From positions 1-64,000 of IMG/VR virus record IMGVR_UViG_3300032293_001294: a stretch of 64,000 nt of DNA, one strand, 5' to 3'. This document shows, one piece after another, positions 27,428 to 36,999 of this stretch. Both the position numbers and the translations under genes were made by a program. How positions within the stretch are numbered: the first letter of the stretch is position 1; the number at the start of each line of letters is the position of its first letter. The stretch comes from a virus. The notes beneath the pieces were generated by a model that made no database searches, was not told the origin of the DNA, and saw only the letters and a list, made by a program, of their open reading frames with translations.

Positions 27428-27441
27428 TTAGTTTGTGAATT

Positions 27442-27470
27442 GAAAGCACCTAATCAGTGCTTTCTTTTTC
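27442..27470 (+). terminator. Intrinsic terminator
   Basis: GAAAGCAC-7 nt-GTGCTTTC-TTTTT. Confidence 0.8.
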
Positions 27471-27486
27471 ACTTAAAAACCCAAGA

Positions 27487-27716
27487 CGTAGCATCATACA
27501 ATCTACGACCAGTGTTATAAATTAACACTCAATCAAACATGTGTGGGATGTCCCCACCAATAATCATGGGCGCACCACCCGATACACAACATGTGTATTT
27601 TGGTGCATTAGAGGCAACCAGCGGTAATCAATCCGACTGGTATTCATAAGTCCTCTACCAATGAACTAATAGGGTAACTCCCTTAACAGTTCACCACAAT
27701 ATAGGGTTGTGACCTA
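27487..27716 (+). ncRNA. Candidate structured ncRNA or leader
   Basis: Seven consecutive stem-loops in an ORF-free interval; strand assumed from neighbours. Confidence 0.5.
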
Positions 27717-27747
27717 CCACAATGCTTTTCCATAGGAGGGAAAAACA

Positions 27748-28002
27748 ATGCAAACTTATATTATTGTCGTACATGTCGGAGATGACAAACGTTATGTTCA
27801 ATTAATCGAAGATCGTGAAGATGGAATTGTTCTAAAATTTACAACGAAAATGAACGCAAGTTTATTTTCTGGAGAACAAATTGAAGAATATGTTCCTATG
27901 ATTAAATCACAACAACATGTATTCTTAAATAGTAATACAATGTATATTAATCATAACTTACGTATCTATGCAGAACCATATGCGGAGGTTACATTACAAT
28001 GA
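27748..28002 (+). CDS. Early hypothetical protein
   Basis: AGGAGG RBS. Confidence 0.65.
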   Translation: MQTYIIVVHVGDDKRYVQLIEDREDGIVLKFTTKMNASLFSGEQIEEYVPMIKSQQHVFLNSNTMYINHNLRIYAEPYAEVTLQ

Positions 28003-28184
28003 CATTTGAAACATTCGTTATTAAAGCCGAAAGGTCTCCCTTTGTATGGGAGATCTTTGGGCACGCTAATGATCTTATGTTCGATGGAGTTCCAGATAAT
28101 ATTGCCTACACCATGGCATTAGAATATGGTGAAAATTTAGAGTATGAAGCTCTAAAATGGAAAGAAGCAAATGAAACTAAATAA
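27999..28184 (+). CDS. Early hypothetical protein
   Basis: GGAGG RBS, ATGA overlap. Confidence 0.6.
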   Translation: MTFETFVIKAERSPFVWEIFGHANDLMFDGVPDNIAYTMALEYGENLEYEALKWKEANETK

Positions 28185-28262
28185 AATAGCCGGCGCTTCT
28201 GCCGGTGCATTCCGTATCATTGATAAAACTTGGCATCCTAAAAGAAAGAAAGGTAAAAAGTA

Positions 28263-28439
28263 ATGAAAAAAATGCAAACCAAGTATGCACAACGTCGTGA
28301 ACCAGACTATGTGTTATACGAAATACTATCTATTCTAATCGAAACTCGTACTAAATTAAGAAACAAAGACGTAAAACGATTTGAAGATCAACTTCAAACA
28401 ATCATTGATGGTCTTTATGCAGAATTGAAGGGCATGTAA
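28263..28439 (+). CDS. 58-aa early protein (not in ORF track)
   Basis: AAAGG RBS; MKKMQTKYAQRREPDYVLYEIL... Confidence 0.55.
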   Translation: MKKMQTKYAQRREPDYVLYEILSILIETRTKLRNKDVKRFEDQLQTIIDGLYAELKGM

Positions 28440-28440
28440 T

Positions 28441-29217
28441 ATGGCACTTAAAGGTAAAGACATTCTAGTCTTCTTGTCAATTAAATACCAAGGAGACTGG
28501 AATAAAATCTATCAAGCAATTAAAAATAAAGAACTTGTCGATGAGCCACAAGTTCAAGAAACTGTTTCTAAAATAGAAAGTAAGATTGTCACCATCATCG
28601 ATGAAGAATACCCTGAATCCTTAAAGAAAATATACAAACCACCGTTTGTTGTTTACTATAAAGGTGATCTAAAGTTGTTGAATAAAAACAATGTAGGTAT
28701 TATCGGTACTAGTAATTTCAGTCATGAAACTGCTAAAAGACTAAATACTTTATTAAGAGAAACCAAACTAAAGTATCCAGGTATTACATATGCCACCATT
28801 AATAATTCTGGTTACGAAGGATTTATTAATAATACATACAGTAACGAATCTGTCTTAGTATTAGATAGAGAAGTTAGATCGTATGATAAAGAAAAATTAA
28901 TCATCTCTGAATACCCAGAAGGTAGTCCAGGTAACAACGAACATCGTCCATGGGCAATGAGAATATTAGCAGGCGTTACAAACGCTTTGCTAATTCCAGA
29001 AGTGAAACGCAAAGAAGACGCACTCATTGGTGCAGGATACGCATTGTATCTAAACAAATCGATTGGTGTATTTTCACAACCAAAAGATAAAGATGATGCA
29101 ACCCATCAGTTAGAAGAAGACGGCGCTAAAATTATTCTTAGTGCAGCAAATGTGTTTGAACTAACACAACTGCTTGCATATAAAAAAGAAGATAGTGTTC
29201 CAAAAGAAATGCAATAA
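28441..29217 (+). CDS. dprA: DprA/Smf-like ssDNA-binding protein, divergent
   Basis: IDEEYPESLKKIYKPPFVVYYKGD, GIIGT, IISEYP; N-terminus LSIKYQGDWNKIYQAI. Confidence 0.8.
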   Translation: MALKGKDILVFLSIKYQGDWNKIYQAIKNKELVDEPQVQETVSKIESKIVTIIDEEYPESLKKIYKPPFVVYYKGDLKLLNKNNVGIIGTSNFSHETAKRLNTLLRETKLKYPGITYATINNSGYEGFINNTYSNESVLVLDREVRSYDKEKLIISEYPEGSPGNNEHRPWAMRILAGVTNALLIPEVKRKEDALIGAGYALYLNKSIGVFSQPKDKDDATHQLEEDGAKIILSAANVFELTQLLAYKKEDSVPKEMQ

Positions 29218-29327
29218 ATAATATGTGGTTGGAATTAAGCACTCTGTAAAACCCTAAACACTTTCCCCCTAGATTGTCCAAGGGTTCTCCACATTTATTT
29301 CCATTTAATCCATAGGAGGATATAAAC

Positions 29328-29594
29328 ATGGGAAGAAAAATTACAACTAAAACATTTGACGTTCTTGTTCGTATGGACATGACCGTTAGAGTTAAAGGCG
29401 CAGACAAAGATGAAGCAGCTGCTTGGATCAACGAAAGATTTATCGAAGGATTAACGATCGAAGATACAAGCTCAGAATTTATTCCATTAGAAATGATGCC
29501 AAAAATTATTCATGTTGCGATCAAGAAAGTTAAACGTCCACGTCGTATTAAGTTAAACGAAACGACACCTGCTCAAGAACCTACTGGAGAATAA
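29328..29594 (+). CDS. Early hypothetical protein
   Basis: AGGAGG RBS. Confidence 0.6.
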   Translation: MGRKITTKTFDVLVRMDMTVRVKGADKDEAAAWINERFIEGLTIEDTSSEFIPLEMMPKIIHVAIKKVKRPRRIKLNETTPAQEPTGE

Positions 29595-29596
29595 CC

Positions 29597-30055
29597 ATGG
29601 GTTTAGACATGTACATTGAAAGCAATAAACGTAGTCAAGTCATGGCTTGGCGTAAAGCTAACCATATTCACGGTTGGTTTCAACGTAAACTAGGTGAAGT
29701 AGTCAACTGTAAAAAACATCCAATTAAATCAAGTGACATCGAAGATCTACTTGATGTATGCATCAAGGTTAAAGATTCACTTATTGCAGGTGGTATGTAT
29801 CTTAAAGATACAGTTGTCGAACGAACTTATAACATGGCTAAAGGACAATGGGATGACAAAGTCGAACCACGTCCACATTTTAAAAATACTAAACTCGCAT
29901 TAGAATTATTACCAGCAGTCGATGGTCCATTCTTTGGCGATAATAGTATTGATGAATGGTATCTAAAAGATATTGAAGATACGATCGAAACACTAACTGA
30001 AGTACTCAGTACAAAACAAACAAATGAAAGGTTTTACTACCTAGCCTGGTGGTAA
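29597..30055 (+). CDS. Conserved phage protein (MGLDMY family)
   Basis: MGLDMY...WRKANHIHGWF...LLP..GPFFG...YYLAWW. Confidence 0.7.
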   Translation: MGLDMYIESNKRSQVMAWRKANHIHGWFQRKLGEVVNCKKHPIKSSDIEDLLDVCIKVKDSLIAGGMYLKDTVVERTYNMAKGQWDDKVEPRPHFKNTKLALELLPAVDGPFFGDNSIDEWYLKDIEDTIETLTEVLSTKQTNERFYYLAWW

Positions 30056-30072
30056 ATTAATTCCAGACTGGT

Positions 30073-30324
30073 TTGACCTACCTATTCGGCACGAGCAACC
30101 TTATGGTTCAAACGGCCATTCATGGCGTACGCATCTACGTTCGATTCGTAGACTGGGAAATTTTATTTATGGAAAAGAAATTACAATACGAATACTTAAA
30201 AAGATTTGTCGATAACTATCGGACACGTAAAACATACAACCCCATCATGTTACGCGTGTTCGATATTCTCTTAGCAGATCTAGAAGCTGACGTTATAACT
30301 CAAATAAAGAAAGGAAAATTATGA
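30073..30324 (+). CDS. Hypothetical protein, start uncertain
   Basis: ORF fills the gap; no clear RBS at the TTG. Confidence 0.45.
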   Translation: MTYLFGTSNLMVQTAIHGVRIYVRFVDWEILFMEKKLQYEYLKRFVDNYRTRKTYNPIMLRVFDILLADLEADVITQIKKGKL

Positions 30325-30527
30325 AACAACATCACGTTATTCTTACATATGCACTTGTCAATATTGCAATTGCAGCTATCTTATTTTACTTATGGGAATC
30401 ATCTTCCTATACAGTCTCACTAAGCGAAGCCATTAGTGGTACAGCTACCTTAAGATTCTGGTTGTTTGTATCTGGAGTTGTAGGCATATTTGTATTCGCC
30501 CACTTCTCAAGTAAAGAAACAAAATGA
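30321..30527 (+). CDS. Small 2-TM membrane protein
   Basis: Two hydrophobic helices. Confidence 0.6.
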   Translation: MKQHHVILTYALVNIAIAAILFYLWESSSYTVSLSEAISGTATLRFWLFVSGVVGIFVFAHFSSKETK

Positions 30528-30814
30528 AAAAATCAAAGTATGTTAAACAAGGATATTGTCCGTCTTGTGGATCTAATCAATTAAAATACAATGAAGATAT
30601 TATTGATGGTGAATATTTAACATATCTTTATCAATGTAACTCTTGTTATTTTGAAGGTGAAGAAAACTACACCATCGAATTTAATTCACATCAATATTAC
30701 GTCAGTCCTCAAGAAGGTTATGACGTAATGTATCCAGGTGAAAGTTTATTACAAGATCGATTATCCTTTGCAGAATTCCAAGCCAAACATAAGAAAGGTA
30801 AAAAGAAAAAATGA
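30524..30814 (+). CDS. Zinc-ribbon protein
   Basis: CPSCGS...CNSC. Confidence 0.65.
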   Translation: MKKSKYVKQGYCPSCGSNQLKYNEDIIDGEYLTYLYQCNSCYFEGEENYTIEFNSHQYYVSPQEGYDVMYPGESLLQDRLSFAEFQAKHKKGKKKK

Positions 30815-31014
30815 AACACCATCTTATTGGTAAACTTATTGTCATCGTTTATATGGACGGTGAACCACACTACAATGGACGACAAGGTATTGTCAATCAC
30901 ATCGATGACTGGGGTCAACTACATGGTACATGGGGTGGACTCGCAGTCAATCCAGAAGTAGATAAGTATCTTGTTATTGCAGAACAACAAGAAAGAGGAC
31001 CAGCTTATGACTAA
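30811..31014 (+). CDS. Small SH3-like phage protein
   Basis: GRQGIVNHIDDWGQLHGTWGGLAVNPEVD (DUF4314-like, from memory). Confidence 0.6.
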   Translation: MKHHLIGKLIVIVYMDGEPHYNGRQGIVNHIDDWGQLHGTWGGLAVNPEVDKYLVIAEQQERGPAYD

Positions 31015-31174
31015 GAAAAAAGAAGCAAACTTACATGGCTTAATCGCTAACCTTATTCAAGAACTTATTGATATGGGTTACAACGAAAAAGATTTAGTCT
31101 GGATGTTAAATCAATATGGCATTACAGAAGAAGAAACCAAAGAATGGTATGGTATTCCATATGACGAAAAATAA
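31007..31174 (+). CDS. Small hypothetical protein; start re-assigned to ATG 31007
   Basis: GAGG RBS before MTKKKEA. Confidence 0.55.
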   Translation: MTKKKEANLHGLIANLIQELIDMGYNEKDLVWMLNQYGITEEETKEWYGIPYDEK

Positions 31175-31394
31175 AAATCCAATTAAAAATTTAGAAAAAT
31201 TAGCTAACGATGTTATTAAAGTAATACATTTGTTTAATGACTTAAAAATAAAAGATTTAAATTTAGGTCAAAAAAGATTTGCTTTATTAAATCAATTATC
31301 AAATGTCTTACCTGTTATTAATGAATTGATTAATCACATAGAACTTGAAGATACAACAGACGTACCTAATATAGGTATGACAACGGAGGACTAA
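31161..31394 (+). CDS. Hypothetical protein, start uncertain
   Basis: ATG 31161 minimises the overlap with the upstream gene. Confidence 0.5.
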   Translation: MTKNKNPIKNLEKLANDVIKVIHLFNDLKIKDLNLGQKRFALLNQLSNVLPVINELINHIELEDTTDVPNIGMTTED

Positions 31395-31395
31395 C

Positions 31396-32295
31396 ATGAC
31401 AACCCAAGAAATTATCGTCCGCATGCGAGATGATCTTGCTAAAGGTATTGTTAAAGTTGTATCAAGTGATGGGTATAGATACTATACAGACACACTTACA
31501 GAACAACTCATTGTTCCTATTACAACGCCAGATGAAACGGCAAACTTATATGAACGTGTAATTATAAACGCAAACCAAGCAAGAGCAGAAGCAACTAAAG
31601 ATTTATTCTCAACGCTGCCAAGAGTAAGTATGTTTGTAGGTCAACCAGATACTGGTAAAACTTTCAAAGCATTTGAAATTGCTAAGCAATGTGGTGTCAC
31701 TCCATTGTTTATTATGTGCAGAGATAATCTAAACTTAGAAACATTACTTGAAAACTTTACGTTAGTGGATGGTAAACCACACTTCTTACCATCACTTGCA
31801 ATTCAAATGATGTCCGATAAGGAAAAGAAAAAATATATTATTATTCTTGACGAATATAATACCTTGCTAACAGGTGTTATGAAAACTACTCAACCAATCT
31901 TTGATGACACTTCAACGACATTCGAATATCGTGGCGTTATCTATGAGAAGAATATGAACTGTAAGTTTATTGTTACACTCAATGATAAAGACAAAGGTAT
32001 TAGCATTGTCCCTGACGCGATTTTATCACGTGTTGAGATGACATTCTTTGATCCAGTTCCAACCAGTACCATTGCAAAATGGACGAACGTAAACATTGAA
32101 TGGATTAATAATCTATTTAATATTTATAAAGTGTTAGGTCTTACTAACATTTTTGGTACAAGACAAATCAAAATTCTCAGTGGTAAATCCATTGATAGAA
32201 TTAAAAACCATCTCTATGGTTTATGCAAGATGACAAAGACAGACGATAAGTTACTCGATACATTACAAGTCCAACAACTTATTAACAAATTATAA
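31396..32295 (+). CDS. MoxR/CbbQ-like AAA+ ATPase
   Basis: GQPDTGKT, IIILDEYN, FIVTLN, PDAILSR. Confidence 0.85.
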   Translation: MTTQEIIVRMRDDLAKGIVKVVSSDGYRYYTDTLTEQLIVPITTPDETANLYERVIINANQARAEATKDLFSTLPRVSMFVGQPDTGKTFKAFEIAKQCGVTPLFIMCRDNLNLETLLENFTLVDGKPHFLPSLAIQMMSDKEKKKYIIILDEYNTLLTGVMKTTQPIFDDTSTTFEYRGVIYEKNMNCKFIVTLNDKDKGISIVPDAILSRVEMTFFDPVPTSTIAKWTNVNIEWINNLFNIYKVLGLTNIFGTRQIKILSGKSIDRIKNHLYGLCKMTKTDDKLLDTLQVQQLINKL

Positions 32296-32307
32296 AGGAG
32301 GTTAATC

Positions 32308-32562
32308 ATGGACTACGAAGATTTCTTTCCCATCACAGAAGAACAACTTGTTCGTATACAACAAGATGGAATTAAAGGTATAACTAGATATGAAAATAGT
32401 AGACCTATGCAACGACAAGAATTAAATAATCTAAAATTAATTTACATTGTCGGTGGTATAGATGAAACCATTTACTATCGTGGCTATGTAGATAAGTATG
32501 ATATCTGGGAATCAGATAACAACTTATACCTACGTCATCGTGTCCATGATTCAACGGACTAA
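32308..32562 (+). CDS. Hypothetical protein
   Basis: AAGGAGG RBS. Confidence 0.6.
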   Translation: MDYEDFFPITEEQLVRIQQDGIKGITRYENSRPMQRQELNNLKLIYIVGGIDETIYYRGYVDKYDIWESDNNLYLRHRVHDSTD

Positions 32563-32563
32563 C

Positions 32564-34192
32564 ATGGAACAAGAAAAAAAGAAAAAGCTTGATCCAGTCA
32601 AGCAAGCATACGCAAACGTCTTGCAATTTATTACAAACAATTTTTATACACAACCAGGAGAAGAAATATTTGTTGAGATAGATGATCAATCTAAGGAAAA
32701 TAATTTCTATGATGGTAAACGAATTGTTCTTAGTGGTGAATTGCTAGACGCATTCGGTAAATTAAATCTTCCAAGATTCTTGATTTATTATCACGAACTC
32801 GGACATCACTTGTATAGCAGAGGTATGTTTCAACTTATTGACACATGGCAAAAGCAAACAAGTGGTCCGTTGGAATGGAATACAAACTATCATCACTTAG
32901 TAAACTGGCTTGAAGATTTTTATATCGAAGCTAGATTGAAACGTGAGCATAGTTATCTTACCGATGTAATCAACTGCATCCGTAAGATGCCTCCAGAATA
33001 TGACATCAGTCAAATACAATATGCATTTAATTATTATTATGTGCATGAAGCCCCATCTCCATCGCTAGTATACCTAGATCAAATCGTCTTTAAAAAGTAT
33101 ATCGATAAACTGTTACAGTTAAGAGATAGTAACAAGACAAGATTTGGATATGGTATTCTGACAACGCTTTCTATTAAGAAGAGTAACGAAACTCTATTTG
33201 CTGAAACCATTATTGAATTTTATAATTGGTGTGTAAGCAAAAATATATTTAATGATCAACAAAGAATGCCACCATTACGAAACCCTAATCAACATCTTGA
33301 ACCAGGTAAAGGTCAAACAACTAGTAAACTTTTACAAGATGTAGCAGGTTTATTCGATGACAAGAAACATCTTGATACAGGTAAATCCGTATCATCTGGT
33401 GGTAGTGTCAGTGATCATGCTAAAGAATTAGGTAAAGTTATTATAAGTCAATACAAAGAAGCACCGCATATTAAACAATCAACTGACATGTTGCAAGAAC
33501 ATTTAATTCAAGAAAAAACATTAATCAATAAAGAAATGTTAGACATGTCAATGCGTGCACAAACACAACGTCATACATTGGATGGGTTGTTTACTCCTAA
33601 TTATATTGAGTCAACAATCATACAACCAAGAATAAGTGTTGTGAATTTCTTTAATCCTAATCGACTTGTCGACCAACGTTTGTTCCTTGAAAGAGGACAT
33701 ACGTATATGAACGTCGCAATCTACCGAGATATATCAGGTAGTACATCAGGTACAACGCATACACTGATGAGTAAAGTAGTTGAAAAATTACTGGAACAAA
33801 TACCTGTTGATGTCACGTACTATCTGTATGCAAGTGGTAAAATTAGTATCCTTGAAGTCCCTTATATTAAATGGGATCACGATGCAGTTAAACCTAAAGA
33901 GTATACAAACAATCCTTTGTTTGAACAACTCGGAGGTGGTACAAACAGTGACGCAATTGCTGACGTAATGACACAACAACTTAGTGATAAGTGGTTAAAC
34001 ATCATCGTTACAGATGGTGACTTAAATAGTTTAATGGCAAGAGATAACATCAACGCCTTACTAAAGAACGTGTTTGCTATTGCAGTCAATGGTAATTTAA
34101 CAGACAAAGTAAATGGCATTGAGATCAAAGATGAAACTAAAATCAATGACATAACTGCTGCGATGCAAACGCTTAATTTGTCTGGAACTTAG
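32564..34192 (+). CDS. Metallopeptidase-like (HExxH) plus VWA protein; start re-assigned to ATG 32564
   Basis: YHELGH...NWLEDFYIE; MIDAS DISGS, GGGT, IVTDGD. Confidence 0.8.
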   Translation: MEQEKKKKLDPVKQAYANVLQFITNNFYTQPGEEIFVEIDDQSKENNFYDGKRIVLSGELLDAFGKLNLPRFLIYYHELGHHLYSRGMFQLIDTWQKQTSGPLEWNTNYHHLVNWLEDFYIEARLKREHSYLTDVINCIRKMPPEYDISQIQYAFNYYYVHEAPSPSLVYLDQIVFKKYIDKLLQLRDSNKTRFGYGILTTLSIKKSNETLFAETIIEFYNWCVSKNIFNDQQRMPPLRNPNQHLEPGKGQTTSKLLQDVAGLFDDKKHLDTGKSVSSGGSVSDHAKELGKVIISQYKEAPHIKQSTDMLQEHLIQEKTLINKEMLDMSMRAQTQRHTLDGLFTPNYIESTIIQPRISVVNFFNPNRLVDQRLFLERGHTYMNVAIYRDISGSTSGTTHTLMSKVVEKLLEQIPVDVTYYLYASGKISILEVPYIKWDHDAVKPKEYTNNPLFEQLGGGTNSDAIADVMTQQLSDKWLNIIVTDGDLNSLMARDNINALLKNVFAIAVNGNLTDKVNGIEIKDETKINDITAAMQTLNLSGT

Positions 34193-34218
34193 ACTCAGAA
34201 AGGAGTATAATTATATAG

Positions 34219-35154
34219 ATGAATATCTACCAACTCGTCTTTGGTGTTGACTCTGGACAAGTCAACTGTGCCTTTCATGATGATACTAAACCAAGTGCTG
34301 GTATCAGCTTCGAAGGGCAATACAACTGCTTTATGTGTGGTGCAAAAGCACACAATGAAATTGGATTTATTAGTAAATACTTTGGCGTCAGTCAACGGTA
34401 TGCACAACGGATTAAAGACTCATTAGAAAAAGCAGAGCAATATAAATACAATAAACAACCATTAACAATGGACCAAGATAAATACCTTAAAGGTATTGGA
34501 TTGTCTGATCAAATTATTAAAGACAATTTCTTTTGTAGTAGTACAGGCGGTAAACTTATGTACGAACACAAATGGAATGGCATTCGTATAGGTACAACCT
34601 GGTTTAACAATCCAAGTCTACCTAACTATAATGCTGCAGCAGATAAATATAAGTATGGACCAGGTGTATTCGCAGGAATGCTAACACCATATGATGTAGT
34701 CCAAGCAAATAGTACACTTATTATTTGTGAAGGTGAGAAAGATATGTTGACTGCACGATCCCAAGGTATCACCAACGCAGTCGCTAAGTTAGGTGGTGCA
34801 AAATCCTACATTGTAGGTGGTCGTAATCTAGAAAACAAAAACGTTGTCTTGATTTATGACTGTGATGAAGCAGGTAGAAACGGTGCTCAACAAGATGCAC
34901 AAATCTTAACGGAAAGATTTAAATGTAAAGTTAAAGTCATTGACCTTGGTCTTGAAGACAAAGGAGATCTTAATGACTACTTTATTAAACACAATAAAAC
35001 TCCACAAGATTTATATGCATTGTTTAAAGCAACGCCTATCTTCGTAGCCCAACCGGAAACGGTCCAAACTAAATTACAAAAGCTAGTGTCCAAGCTCACA
35101 GATGATGAGATCGACCAGCTAGTAATAATGCTTAATGAACGGAAAGGAGAATAA
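34219..35154 (+). CDS. DnaG-type primase (Zn finger + TOPRIM)
   Basis: CAFHDDTKPS...CFMC; IICEGEKD; YDCDEAG; KGDLND. Confidence 0.88.
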   Translation: MNIYQLVFGVDSGQVNCAFHDDTKPSAGISFEGQYNCFMCGAKAHNEIGFISKYFGVSQRYAQRIKDSLEKAEQYKYNKQPLTMDQDKYLKGIGLSDQIIKDNFFCSSTGGKLMYEHKWNGIRIGTTWFNNPSLPNYNAAADKYKYGPGVFAGMLTPYDVVQANSTLIICEGEKDMLTARSQGITNAVAKLGGAKSYIVGGRNLENKNVVLIYDCDEAGRNGAQQDAQILTERFKCKVKVIDLGLEDKGDLNDYFIKHNKTPQDLYALFKATPIFVAQPETVQTKLQKLVSKLTDDEIDQLVIMLNERKGE

Positions 35155-35155
35155 C

Positions 35156-35608
35156 ATGAACAAACCGTCATTAAAAGACATCCTTATTAAGGATGCAAAT
35201 ACTGCCAAAACCCAAGGTGGTATCGTCAACGAAGTCTTAGCTCCAGGAAACTACGTCGCTAAAGTACTAGGCTTTACTGAAGAAGAAGCGTATCAATTCG
35301 TATCGTTGGAAATCAACAAGAAGAAATTTAATTTCTTTTACAACTATTACTTACGTAATACGACTGACTTAGATGCAAGCTTAATCAACTGGATTAAAGC
35401 GTTAGCTACTATCCCAGTTAAAGAATCTACTTCGTTATTAGAAATTGCTAACAGTGCAATTGGTTCTAGTTTTAAGATTACAATCTATAACTATGTATCC
35501 AAGACTGGTAAGAACGCTGGTAAAACTCAACACGCTATCTCATTCAAAGATAAGCCAGTGTTAGAAACAACCACGATCGAAACAGAACAAGTCGAACTAC
35601 CATTCTAA
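35156..35608 (+). CDS. Putative ssDNA-binding protein
   Basis: AAAGGAG RBS; LAPGNYVAKV beta-rich fold; acidic tail ending ELPF. Confidence 0.65.
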   Translation: MNKPSLKDILIKDANTAKTQGGIVNEVLAPGNYVAKVLGFTEEEAYQFVSLEINKKKFNFFYNYYLRNTTDLDASLINWIKALATIPVKESTSLLEIANSAIGSSFKITIYNYVSKTGKNAGKTQHAISFKDKPVLETTTIETEQVELPF

Positions 35609-35663
35609 TTAAACACCTGGCAGTGTATAGGTTAACTGCCACTTCTAAAGAAAGGGAAGCTAT

Positions 35664-36986
35664 ATGAAACACGCCTATCTGTTATACACAGGTTACGGTA
35701 AAACTAAAATGTGTTTAGATAAAATTATGGCTGCTCCTACCAAACCAAGAACGTTACTTATTAGTACTAAGAACGTAATTGAATCTTCATGGTCAAGTGA
35801 AATAGATAAGTGGTATAAAGATAAAATTAGTTATGGTTACATAACAGGTAAGATCAAAGAAGAAGATAGACTTAACATTGCTACACAGCAATTCGATATC
35901 TTCGGAATGAATACTGAAATGATCGACTGGTACATCAGTCATACTACAAACGTTAAACGTAAAACTTATAACAAACATGGTGTTAAACTACACTATGACG
36001 AACAAGATCTATTAGATCGATTCGACTTGCTCATCATTGATGAAGTAAGTTTGTTTAAGAACTACCGTTCACAACGCTTTAAACTTATTAAGAAGTGGGC
36101 ACATCAAATCAAAAACGTTATGATTCTGTCTGCCACACCAACACCTAAGAACATCGAAGATATATGGGCACCTATATTTTTACTAGACGGCGGACAAAGA
36201 TTGGGTCACACCATCACTGAGTTCAGAACGAACTATGCTATACCTGTACCATTAATGAATGGGCAGAATCGTTATCAATATTCTATTGAAGCAACGAATC
36301 ATATTCTTAATCTTATTAAGGATATTTCTACTAGCGTACCTGAACCAGCACAAGCTTTGTTTCCTGAACCGATTGTCAAGAAGCTATTGATTAAACCAGA
36401 TCCTAATACAGAACAATTGCTTAAGCAATTTAAACAAGACTTTATTGTTAAGTTAAATAACGGATCAAATCTTATTGCATTTAGTAAGACACAATTAATT
36501 AATAAAGTTAATCAGATTGCAAGTGGTAATGTATATAACCAAGATCAAACAGTACATGTTAATGATCTTAAGTTACGTGTATTACAACAAAGAATTTCTA
36601 CAATACAAACACCAGTATTAGTAACGTATACATACGTGTTTGACAAAGAACAATTACTTAAACTACCTGGTGCAAGAATGTTATCAACTAAAGAAGACTT
36701 CGAAGATTGGAATGCTAACAAAATTAAAGTAGGTATTCTTAGTCCATTCAGTGCAGCGCATGGTCTCAATCTACAGTACAGTGATTGCCAAGATATCTTT
36801 TGGTTCAGCCCAATATGGGATACTGAAAAGTGGATACAAACCAACGCACGCATCTGTCGACGTGGACAAACAAGACAAGTCACAATCAATGTCTTGCTAC
36901 TTAAGGAAAGCTACGATGATTACGCATTCGATTTATGCCAAGAAAAATTTAAAGCACAATATACAAATCTAGTAAAACTAAAATAA
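35664..36986 (+). CDS. SF2 (SNF2-like) helicase
   Basis: TGYGKT, IIDEVS, LSATP, HGLNLQ, QTNARICRRGQ. Confidence 0.88.
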   Translation: MKHAYLLYTGYGKTKMCLDKIMAAPTKPRTLLISTKNVIESSWSSEIDKWYKDKISYGYITGKIKEEDRLNIATQQFDIFGMNTEMIDWYISHTTNVKRKTYNKHGVKLHYDEQDLLDRFDLLIIDEVSLFKNYRSQRFKLIKKWAHQIKNVMILSATPTPKNIEDIWAPIFLLDGGQRLGHTITEFRTNYAIPVPLMNGQNRYQYSIEATNHILNLIKDISTSVPEPAQALFPEPIVKKLLIKPDPNTEQLLKQFKQDFIVKLNNGSNLIAFSKTQLINKVNQIASGNVYNQDQTVHVNDLKLRVLQQRISTIQTPVLVTYTYVFDKEQLLKLPGARMLSTKEDFEDWNANKIKVGILSPFSAAHGLNLQYSDCQDIFWFSPIWDTEKWIQTNARICRRGQTRQVTINVLLLKESYDDYAFDLCQEKFKAQYTNLVKLK

Positions 36987-36999
36987 AGGAAGGACTTGT

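Noticed and set aside
28171-30814. Shared KKGK C-terminal motif in early peptides
   Set aside because: Explained by the overlapping AAGAAAGG ribosome-binding site of the next gene
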